Shown here: positions 21,072 through 29,066 of the stretch, piece by piece
Layout: every line of letters begins with the position of its first letter
Position numbering within the stretch: position 1 is the first letter of the stretch
Source: a virus
Lineage: Duplodnaviria; Caudoviricetes
Strand: one strand, 5' to 3'
DNA length: 55,076 bases
IMG/VR virus record: IMGVR_UViG_3300025132_000049
Span: 1 to 55,076 of that record
Translations under genes and position numbers: made by a program
Notes under the pieces: generated by a model
The model's database searches: none
What the model saw: the letters and a program-made list of their open reading frames with translations, nothing else
Told to the model about the DNA's origin: nothing

Positions 21072-21472
21072 TCAAGTTTTGCCAAAAATGACGGAGTAAT
21101 ACTTTGTTGTTGTGGTTGCTCAACTTGTTGTTGCATATATTGTTGAGGCATAATATTAGGAGACCTATACGCTTGCATACTTTGACGTATCTTCTCTCTT
21201 TGTTGGTCGTCTCTTTGTCGTTTATTCCAATAGGTTGCTATTTTCCTATCTAATAAAGTCATTTCTATATAATCATTCAGCAATAAATCAAAGATTGCTT
21301 TCATTGCTAGTATACCACCAACAGTCATTAATCCAAAGACTAATGCGTGTGCATAATCATTGAAGGCAATCATATCTCCATACTTCGCATAGAAGTATAC
21401 ATTTGTTCCACTAATAGCACCAACGAATAATATCGTCATTACTAACTTTGTTTCTTTTTCCAACGCGGGCAT
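21068..21472 (-). CDS. Two-TM membrane protein with Q-rich tail (holin-like topology)
   Basis: LVMTILFVGAISGTNVYFY and ALVFGLMTVGGILAMKAIF hydrophobic helices, then a charged/Q-rich C-terminus. Confidence 0.6.
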   Translation of the reverse strand: MPALEKETKLVMTILFVGAISGTNVYFYAKYGDMIAFNDYAHALVFGLMTVGGILAMKAIFDLLLNDYIEMTLLDRKIATYWNKRQRDDQQREKIRQSMQAYRSPNIMPQQYMQQQVEQPQQQSITPSFLAKLE

Positions 21473-21481
21473 TTAATTCAC

Positions 21482-21775
21482 TCAGAAGAACTCCACAGAA
21501 TATTCTAACGCACCGCTTTCCACAACATAAATACCTTCTGCTACTATTGCACCATGAAAGTCAAAATCATAATTGTGTGGAGCAGCACTAGCACCAACAT
21601 ACATTTTAGTAAATACTTTTTTACCAGATGTTGTTGCTGCATTAGAATCGTAAACCGTAATACTTCCGGCAGTATCTCCCGTAGTAAATACCTTTATTGA
21701 CGCTATCCTTGCTTTCCCAACATACACAAGTTTAGTTGCGTTTAATACGCCTGTTGTGTTACAGCCACTTACCAT
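21482..21775 (-). CDS. Small all-beta virion protein (possible decoration)
   Basis: Downstream of the capsid genes; ARIASIKV...GSITVYD...AEGIYV beta pattern. Confidence 0.5.
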   Translation of the reverse strand: MVSGCNTTGVLNATKLVYVGKARIASIKVFTTGDTAGSITVYDSNAATTSGKKVFTKMYVGASAAPHNYDFDFHGAIVAEGIYVVESGALEYSVEFF

Positions 21776-21787
21776 TCCATTTCCCTC

Positions 21788-22162
21788 TCAATTTTCCGAA
21801 GTAATGTTTGCCTTATCAACCTTGCCTGTCTGCTCTATTTCTTTAGGAACAACAGTTTTCTTGATTGTCTTAGTAATTTTTTTTGGTTTAGGTTTAGGAA
21901 ACATAGTGTTAATTAAATCACTATCTGAGCCTTTAACATTAAACTCTTGTTTCAATAATTCCTTTGTATAAGAAGAAGAATTACTAATATCTTCCTTATC
22001 CTCTAATGAGAAACTTACTTTATACCCTGTTGCTCCAATGTAGCCAATAGCGATTAAAGCAGGTACTTTAGTTTTCTCTCCGTATTTAAACACGTATTCA
22101 TCACCGTTAGGCATATACTGCGAAACGGACTTTCCCTTTTTACTTAATTCTAAAAATGCCAT
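21788..22162 (-). CDS. Hypothetical protein
   Basis: Good GGAG RBS; K/P-rich C-terminus. Confidence 0.55.
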   Translation of the reverse strand: MAFLELSKKGKSVSQYMPNGDEYVFKYGEKTKVPALIAIGYIGATGYKVSFSLEDKEDISNSSSYTKELLKQEFNVKGSDSDLINTMFPKPKPKKITKTIKKTVVPKEIEQTGKVDKANITSEN

Positions 22163-22190
22163 TATAAACTCTCCTTAAAATATAGTAGCC

Positions 22191-22214
22191 TTGACACTAC
22201 TTTCATAGTGTCAA
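22191..22214 (-). terminator. Stem-loop with GAAA tetraloop after the capsid/decoration genes
   Basis: Minus strand TTGACACTA-T-GAAA-G-TAGTGTCAA (9-bp perfect stem plus U-G closing pair), followed by TATATTTT. Confidence 0.55.
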
Positions 22215-22230
22215 AGACCACATTTTATCT

Positions 22231-22584
22231 TTAAAGGTTGCCCCAAACTCTAACTCTTACAGAACCACCATTCGCATCATTAGCCAAAGTAGCGTTAGTA
22301 CCATCTAGTGCTGTAAACATAAGAGCAAACGATGTTGAACTCTCATAAGCACCTGCTGCACTAACCTCTACTAGAGGCAATACTGCGTTAGCGTTATCTG
22401 AACCACAAATTGTAACACAATGAACCGATGATAGGCCAAGAGCCGTAGCAGGTATTACTGAACCTGCTGCGACAATTGACGTTACATCTATCAAAGCATC
22501 AACAACGTACTCATCACCAACAGCCTTTGGAAGTGTAACTCCCTTATGGTCTGCAAGCAATGTTACGGTATATGCTAATGCCAT
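22231..22584 (-). CDS. Putative capsid decoration / minor capsid protein
   Basis: Directly after the MCP with a GGTGA RBS; A/V/T-rich, ending VRVRVWGNL. Confidence 0.55.
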   Translation of the reverse strand: MALAYTVTLLADHKGVTLPKAVGDEYVVDALIDVTSIVAAGSVIPATALGLSSVHCVTICGSDNANAVLPLVEVSAAGAYESSTSFALMFTALDGTNATLANDANGGSVRVRVWGNL

Positions 22585-22595
22585 ACTTAATCACC

Positions 22596-23966
22596 TCATG
22601 CACTCTTTAGGTTGGTAATTTTACCTTGACCCTTAAAGAAAGAACAACCTGTTTCTGCAATGGTTCTATACATTGCTTGGTTTCCTAGTGTTCCTACTCC
22701 GAATGGGTTTCCGTTATCAATTCCATCTTCAAAGTATTGTGTTGGCTTCATAACGCTCATCCAAAGATGGTCGGTATCAAGTATCAACATATCGCTTAAT
22801 GTGTTTGTAGCACTACTGTGTGATGTTTTAGGCATATCCTTACATGGGATAATTGGTATGTCAAAGTAAGTAGCGACTCTAAAGCCGACTTCTGAACCCT
22901 TAACTCCTCTTACACCATTGTGTGTAGGAATAATTTCCTTTCTATCCATAAATCTTTCTTGTGCTTGTAGCAAGTCACCAAGATGCTGAATTGTATCATA
23001 TCCTGTTAAGATAACTTTAGGACTACCACCATTTTGACGGATTCTTCTTAACATATCATTTAAGATAGTTAAAGTCATAACCCTACAATTAGCAGCAGCA
23101 TATCCATCACCATAATCTACTTCTGAATCTAAGAAAGACGCAGAAGCAGCACCACTAGACAATTGACGGTCAGTTGCACCGAAAATGGTCGTAATAGTTG
23201 TAGGTAGAGTATTTGCCGCAGCAGATGTTGCTAGAAGTCCAGCGTCATTCAATGCGTTTAACTCAGCACTTGAAGCAACTATCTTCAATAAAGAAGTATA
23301 TTGTCTACCAAGGTTTGTTACAGTATTAGCCTCATCGTATTTCTCAAGAGGCATTAGTAGCATCTTGTTTTGTACTTCTGCGTGGTGTTTACCCATATCT
23401 TCACGGATTAACGCTCTTAGGTCTCCAACACCGTCATCAATTTTAGCCATTTCTAGCGCAATTTCTGAAAACTCAAACAAATGAGCAACGGTTTTTGGGC
23501 TTGTAAACAAGGTTGTGTATTCTGGTGTAATAGCCGGAATATCATTTCCTGTTCCTAAAGAAGCATTTTCTGCAACAGCACCAATTAAATCTGCTCTTGG
23601 TGTTGCAGTACCTCTTGTTGTTCCTACTCCTGAACCACCAAGAGCAAAAGTAGAACCGCTTCCACCTTCTGCTCGGCTTTTCAAGATACGCCATCCACTT
23701 GATGTATATGGTCTCTTAGGTAGTATAGCCAAAGCATTAACTTCTTGGTTAAGCATAGACCATACTTTTTGTCCGTATATTTTGTTGTATAGTGAAGATA
23801 ATCCACTAGCACCACTCATAACTGATGTTGAAGCATCGTGAGCAGTATGTAGCCCACCAACAACACCTGCGCTCTTTAATAGAGCATTTCCTGTACCGCC
23901 CCTAATTCCATAGGAAGCAGCCTCTAAATCTTTCATTGTTTTAATATATCCACTCATTAAACTCAC
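22596..23966 (-). CDS. Major capsid protein (HK97 fold)
   Basis: Follows protease-scaffold; YGQKVWSMLNQEVNALAILPKRP, PKTVAHLFEFSE, GFRVATYFDIPIIP and QGKITNL are typical of archaeal tailed-virus MCPs. Confidence 0.85.
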   Translation of the reverse strand: MSLMSGYIKTMKDLEAASYGIRGGTGNALLKSAGVVGGLHTAHDASTSVMSGASGLSSLYNKIYGQKVWSMLNQEVNALAILPKRPYTSSGWRILKSRAEGGSGSTFALGGSGVGTTRGTATPRADLIGAVAENASLGTGNDIPAITPEYTTLFTSPKTVAHLFEFSEIALEMAKIDDGVGDLRALIREDMGKHHAEVQNKMLLMPLEKYDEANTVTNLGRQYTSLLKIVASSAELNALNDAGLLATSAAANTLPTTITTIFGATDRQLSSGAASASFLDSEVDYGDGYAAANCRVMTLTILNDMLRRIRQNGGSPKVILTGYDTIQHLGDLLQAQERFMDRKEIIPTHNGVRGVKGSEVGFRVATYFDIPIIPCKDMPKTSHSSATNTLSDMLILDTDHLWMSVMKPTQYFEDGIDNGNPFGVGTLGNQAMYRTIAETGCSFFKGQGKITNLKSA

Positions 23967-25174
23967 TCCTCAAATTGTGCTACATAATTATTTATTTCAT
24001 TCCAAGACATTCCACTAACATCAGGTACATCAATTTCCATTGTTTGTGCCTTTGCTATTGTTTCTGTTTGTTCTGAAAGAGACTTTCTCAAGGTAGCAAA
24101 CTCTTCTTTAAGTGCCTCAACTTCATTTTTAGCATCATATTCGCTTCTAGCAACACTAGCCTTACGGACAGTTGTTTCTTCTGCGAATCGTTGTGCGAAT
24201 TGTTTCTTTAGAGAATCATATGCCATTTTCTCTAATTGTTCCGCTTTAAACGCTTCATACGCTTTTTCTACATTACCTGTTGAAAGGTCTAAAGTAGAAA
24301 ACTCATCGTCATTCCACTCTTTATATAGAGAACCTAGTTGACCTGCTTGTTCATGCTTTTTGCCTTGTGTTTCTTCACCTGCACCTGCATTTTCAACAAA
24401 TCCTTCTGGCCCTGTTCTGCCTTTCATTTCAGTATCAGAGTAACTCATTTCAACATCATCTTCTTCTTCATCAAAATCTGCTGCTTCTTTGTCTTTACCC
24501 ATTTCTTCTAATGATTCATCCATCCCATCCATATTTTCAATGTCTAGTTCAGGTTCATCACCCTTTTCTTCTTCTTTCTTAAAATCGTTTAATTGACTCA
24601 TAAAGCCATTTAACTCTTCTAACGCTTTTTCCAATTTTTCACTCATTTTTTCTTTCTCCTCTTTTAAAATATCAAACTTTGCTTCTGGATTTATACCTTT
24701 CTCACAAACTGTTACCTCATGGAGTTCTAACTTGTCAATTTCATTATATTCGCCTAATTCTTCACTAGTCTTTTTTCTTTTACTTAAGGCTTGACCACCT
24801 ATACTAAATGAACGCAATGTTCCTTTTCTTATACCTCTTGAAATCTCTTTTGCTTTTTCTATGTCATCTCTTAATTTAATAACAACATAAAACCCTACAT
24901 CATCTACTTGTGTTCTATGGAGATTACCATGTTTATCTCTATATTTTTCTATTACATCTCCTACTTGAACATTTGAATGATTTGACATTACATTTCTATA
25001 TTTAGGGTCTTTCATGTATTTAACTACTGCTTCTTCTAATGCTTTTAATGTGATTAAATCATTTTGTTTATCTACTATTTCTATTGAAGCATAACCACCA
25101 ATAACTAAATCATCCGATTTAAGTATATTAAACTCAGTATCTTCCCCTGACTTCAACAATATTGCTTCGGACAC
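23963..25174 (-). CDS. Prohead protease fused to an acidic/coiled-coil scaffold
   Basis: IGGYAS..VDKQND, catalytic-type MSNH, SFSIGG and LHEVTV..GINPEA motifs of HK97-type proteases; the C-half is an acidic coiled coil. GTG start. Confidence 0.88.
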   Translation of the reverse strand: MSEAILLKSGEDTEFNILKSDDLVIGGYASIEIVDKQNDLITLKALEEAVVKYMKDPKYRNVMSNHSNVQVGDVIEKYRDKHGNLHRTQVDDVGFYVVIKLRDDIEKAKEISRGIRKGTLRSFSIGGQALSKRKKTSEELGEYNEIDKLELHEVTVCEKGINPEAKFDILKEEKEKMSEKLEKALEELNGFMSQLNDFKKEEEKGDEPELDIENMDGMDESLEEMGKDKEAADFDEEEDDVEMSYSDTEMKGRTGPEGFVENAGAGEETQGKKHEQAGQLGSLYKEWNDDEFSTLDLSTGNVEKAYEAFKAEQLEKMAYDSLKKQFAQRFAEETTVRKASVARSEYDAKNEVEALKEEFATLRKSLSEQTETIAKAQTMEIDVPDVSGMSWNEINNYVAQFEE

Positions 25175-25213
25175 AACGGCACTTCCACACTTTACTATAT
25201 TAACTCAGCGACA

Positions 25214-27724
25214 TTAATCAATTTGCATGGTTAATTTTTTAAACCTATCTTGGGTAATATCCCATAAATCTTCCTTATCAGACCTTTCTAACATTGTTTG
25301 TTTTATTCCTGTCCAAGCAAGCCATGTTTTCTGGTTTTTAACAGGTATTACTCTCATATGTAATCTAGTATCAAACTTATCACCTTCTAATTTATATTCG
25401 TGATAACCATGCTTTTGCACACCAAGTAGTATTTTACCACTATCAATTAAATTATCCTTTTGTACGCTTCTAGATATTTCAGCAGGGTATTTACCAGATT
25501 TACCAAATAAGTTATAAATGTCTTTAGTTGAATCAATGTTTATAGTCCATGCTATTGTTTTATCTTTATATTCAATTATTAAATCTAAATTATCATCTTT
25601 TCTATCATATATTTTAAATGAACCATATCTGTTTTCATTTTCATCTTTATCTTTAATTATCAATTTACTATTAGCAGCAAACTTTTGTCTACCAATAGGA
25701 ATAAAGGCATCCATATCATTCATCCAATTTTTTAATTTTTTAGGTTCATTATCAAATAATGCTTCTGTTAATTCTGAATCATCTTTAACTAAAAACTCAA
25801 ATATTTCTTTAATGTGTAGTCCTTCTTCTTTAGGGTCTTTATCTTGAAGGAATTGTTTTATTTTAACTACTGCTTCTCCAGATTTGGCTTTATTTATTTC
25901 AGATAATTGGTCTTTCCATAAATCCATATCAGCAATAGCATTCTTTTCCATTAGACTATCTCCCACTACTCCATATACATTAAATCCTTCATAATCAGAT
26001 TTTAATAATATTTCAGCAGTACCGTGTATTCCATCAGTAATAGTATATTTCAAAAGTGCTTCTTCAACATTATACTTTAATGACTTTCTACCATCTTTAG
26101 CAAGTAATTCTAAAGTAACTACTTTTTCAGGTGTTTCAACTTCTGGTATCTCAATTACTTTTGCTGAGTATAAACTAAAGCCCTTCCCTGCCCTTCTGAC
26201 TTCATCAACTTTAACTCTAACAATAGAACCAATATTCACATTCTCTTTGGTATTCAATGCTTTACCTACTTTCAAATATGTTTTACCTTCGTATTCTGTA
26301 CCATCATATGTCCTAGTATCTTCTCCGTTTAGTGGCCCAATTCCAACAGTATAGGAGTATAAATTAGATTTTGTTTTTCTTTTTTCTAACACTATAACAT
26401 CTAAGTCAACAAACTTCTTGTATTTAATCCACTTAGGATTTTTCTTAACTCCAATGTAATAGGTAGATTCTATATCTTTGATGACTACTCCTTCTGATGT
26501 AGGAGATTCCATAATATCTTTAGCATACTTACTAATTTCCTTTAATGAGTCTGCCGTTCTAGTATTCTTTTTATTAGGAAACTCTAATTCATCTTCTGAA
26601 TGTTGTGCTAACTGATATTGTAATATGTTAATTCTTTCTCTAAGCGGATTATCCGCATGACTAGAACCATCGTGGCTCATTATATCAAATACTTTAGCCT
26701 TCAATGTAGCATCCTTGTATTTATTTTTAAATAAATGTGCTATTGTATCTGCCCTATGTAATGGTTCATCTCCATCATATAGTATTAATTCAGCATCTAA
26801 TATCATTTCACCAAACTTCTTTTGTTTCATTATCTTAATTATTTTCTCACATTTATCAGAAATATCCTTTTCATTATATGTAAATACTTTAACACTATTA
26901 TTATTCTTATGTATCTGGATTCTAATGCCATCATATTTTTCTTGGACTATCCATTCTCCGCTAAATCCTTTCAAATCTTTAATATCATCTACTTCAAATA
27001 TTCTATACATTGGTTTATTAGGTACAATAAAATCTATTTCTGATTTCTCTTCATCACTTTTCTTTAATTCTATCTGGGCTAATTCTTCCCATTCTTCCTC
27101 TGTTTTGTATTCTAAAAACACTTTTTTCAATAATTCTAATGCTCCTTTAAACTTACTTTCTATTCTTTTAGAATCTTTATTGTCGCCATAGTGTTCTATA
27201 ATATACAAAGGTACATCTTTTATTGATATATCTAATCCTTCTATATTATTAGTTAGTTTATCTGGTTTCAAGTCATGTTTTTCCCATGCTTTAGCGGGAA
27301 TACTTTCAGAATCAGAACGTAATGCGTAATGAATAAATATAGCAAATAAATTACTACTTCTAATTAAATTGGGTATTACTTCATCACCCATCTGTCTAGC
27401 AAAGGGGTCATTCAATTCATCAGAATTAAATCTCAATTCTTTAATAGAATCAAATAATTTCTTAGCATCATAAGATTGTGGATTCATTACCTCTTTACTA
27501 AATACATTATCTTCTTCTAAAAACTTTTTTAATGCGCTAGCAAAATCACCTAGTCCGTCAAAATCCTCTCTTATTTGTTTAACAGAAGTAATCCAATTAT
27601 TTCTATATTGCTTTGGTTCTTCTTTTGCTGAAAGATAATTATATCTAACATCCTCGTAAAAATCTAATATACGCTTCGCCAATGCTTTACTATCCTTACC
27701 GACAAAAGCATCTTTTAAAAGCAT
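25214..27724 (-). CDS. lig: ATP-dependent DNA ligase with N- and C-terminal extensions
   Basis: Motif I QEKYDGIR, III ILDAEL, IIIa VFDI, IV EGVVIK, V WIKYKK, plus an OB domain. The C-terminus resembles a degenerate LigD 3'-phosphoesterase fold. Confidence 0.9.
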   Translation of the reverse strand: MLLKDAFVGKDSKALAKRILDFYEDVRYNYLSAKEEPKQYRNNWITSVKQIREDFDGLGDFASALKKFLEEDNVFSKEVMNPQSYDAKKLFDSIKELRFNSDELNDPFARQMGDEVIPNLIRSSNLFAIFIHYALRSDSESIPAKAWEKHDLKPDKLTNNIEGLDISIKDVPLYIIEHYGDNKDSKRIESKFKGALELLKKVFLEYKTEEEWEELAQIELKKSDEEKSEIDFIVPNKPMYRIFEVDDIKDLKGFSGEWIVQEKYDGIRIQIHKNNNSVKVFTYNEKDISDKCEKIIKIMKQKKFGEMILDAELILYDGDEPLHRADTIAHLFKNKYKDATLKAKVFDIMSHDGSSHADNPLRERINILQYQLAQHSEDELEFPNKKNTRTADSLKEISKYAKDIMESPTSEGVVIKDIESTYYIGVKKNPKWIKYKKFVDLDVIVLEKRKTKSNLYSYTVGIGPLNGEDTRTYDGTEYEGKTYLKVGKALNTKENVNIGSIVRVKVDEVRRAGKGFSLYSAKVIEIPEVETPEKVVTLELLAKDGRKSLKYNVEEALLKYTITDGIHGTAEILLKSDYEGFNVYGVVGDSLMEKNAIADMDLWKDQLSEINKAKSGEAVVKIKQFLQDKDPKEEGLHIKEIFEFLVKDDSELTEALFDNEPKKLKNWMNDMDAFIPIGRQKFAANSKLIIKDKDENENRYGSFKIYDRKDDNLDLIIEYKDKTIAWTINIDSTKDIYNLFGKSGKYPAEISRSVQKDNLIDSGKILLGVQKHGYHEYKLEGDKFDTRLHMRVIPVKNQKTWLAWTGIKQTMLERSDKEDLWDITQDRFKKLTMQID

Positions 27725-27730
27725 CTAATA

Positions 27731-27970
27731 TTATTCCTTTCCAAACTCAGGTCTAATTCCTTCTAATACTTCTAACTTTTCTTCCGCAGGTTTTTTCTTA
27801 GGTTTAGTAAGTTTAACTTCTTCTCCTTCTGTTTCTACGGTTTCTTCTAATGGTAATTCATTATAATTAATAATTTCACCTACTGCTTCTTTTGCTTTAT
27901 TTACAGCATCTACTAGTAACTCTTCCATTTTTTCTTCCTTTGTTATTTTTTTAGGTAATAAATCATCCAT
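27731..27970 (-). CDS. Hypothetical E/K-rich protein
   Basis: Tightly packed with neighbours; GGAGG RBS. Confidence 0.55.
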   Translation of the reverse strand: MDDLLPKKITKEEKMEELLVDAVNKAKEAVGEIINYNELPLEETVETEGEEVKLTKPKKKPAEEKLEVLEGIRPEFGKE

Positions 27971-28213
27971 TCAATAACCTCCTTCTATTTTATTTACCAT
28001 AGCATTGATGTCTTTCCAATCCATCTTTGCTATCTTATCATCTGAAACATCTGTTGTACTAGATATTGCAGGTGCAGGTGTAGTTGCAACTACAAACCCC
28101 GACTTCATCAGTATATTATCATCATTATATACTGTATTTTCTAACTTTTTTACTTTATCTACTAATTCTTTTAGTAGCATTAACATTTCATTTTCTTCAC
28201 TCATTTTTTTCAT
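27971..28213 (-). CDS. Small scaffold-like protein
   Basis: Coiled-coil N-terminus, NILMKSG, and a C-terminal KMDWKDINAMV resembling the scaffold end GMSWNEINNYV. Confidence 0.6.
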   Translation of the reverse strand: MKKMSEENEMLMLLKELVDKVKKLENTVYNDDNILMKSGFVVATTPAPAISSTTDVSDDKIAKMDWKDINAMVNKIEGGY

Positions 28214-28541
28214 CTCCTAATTTTCCTTTACTTTTTGGATATACCGTTCCTCTTAATTGACGGTATAGAATCTCATAATCCTTTCTTAATTCAGAGGCAG
28301 CAGTAGTCAATGCTAAATTAGCCTCATCTATTTTATTTATTTTTTTATTCAGTTTTTTATCTGATTTCATTACACCTAATGTTTTCAGTTCTTTTATTAA
28401 ATCATCTAATTTAGTAAAATCTTGCCCCATATATTCACTAGGTTCAGAAGATTGAAGTAATTTCTTAATCTTCTTTTTTTGTTTGGGCGATACTTTCTGA
28501 AAGATACCATTATCATTTTTAATTAATTCATATTCCCACAT
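28197..28541 (-). CDS. Hypothetical protein with W-tag variant (MWEYELIK)
   Basis: ORF track; coiled-coil character. Confidence 0.55.
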   Translation of the reverse strand: MWEYELIKNDNGIFQKVSPKQKKKIKKLLQSSEPSEYMGQDFTKLDDLIKELKTLGVMKSDKKLNKKINKIDEANLALTTAASELRKDYEILYRQLRGTVYPKSKGKLGDEKNE

Positions 28542-28547
28542 TATTAA

Positions 28548-29066
28548 TCACTCCTGATAGTTTATTCTTCCGGTTCTTCTATTAAACCTCTCTTCGTTGA
28601 ATTGTTGATTGTCATCATAGTCTGATTGCCTCCTAGCGTCATCATATTTAGTATTATCAAAATTATGACTACCTCGTATAGTTTCTCCTACCAGTTTACC
28701 ATTCCTAGTTAATACTTTATAATGAACTTCACATACTCTAAAACCGCACTTTCCACTATCAGAATATTCATCAGTATAACTTACATCACACCAATATTCT
28801 GCTTCATTCTTACATTTGCCGGGGTGGTCTGGATTACTTTTTGCCAACTCTCTATCAGCCATAGAACCATCATTAATATATTCACATTCAACCTTATCCC
28901 CTGTTTTAACTTTAGTCTTCATGCTTTGAGGTTGAGCCATTGAAGCAGGTGATGCTTGCCACGCTATATTTCTTGCTTTATCACTATCATCTTCTTTAGG
29001 CATCATAGTTTCTGGTCTTAGGTTTTTAAGAACCTCTTTCCAATCACCTTCACAAGCATTACACAT
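28548..29066 (-). CDS. Cys-rich protein with W-tag (DWKEVLK)
   Basis: C..., C..., C...C..H pattern suggests a zinc finger. Confidence 0.55.
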   Translation of the reverse strand: MCNACEGDWKEVLKNLRPETMMPKEDDSDKARNIAWQASPASMAQPQSMKTKVKTGDKVECEYINDGSMADRELAKSNPDHPGKCKNEAEYWCDVSYTDEYSDSGKCGFRVCEVHYKVLTRNGKLVGETIRGSHNFDNTKYDDARRQSDYDDNQQFNEERFNRRTGRINYQE

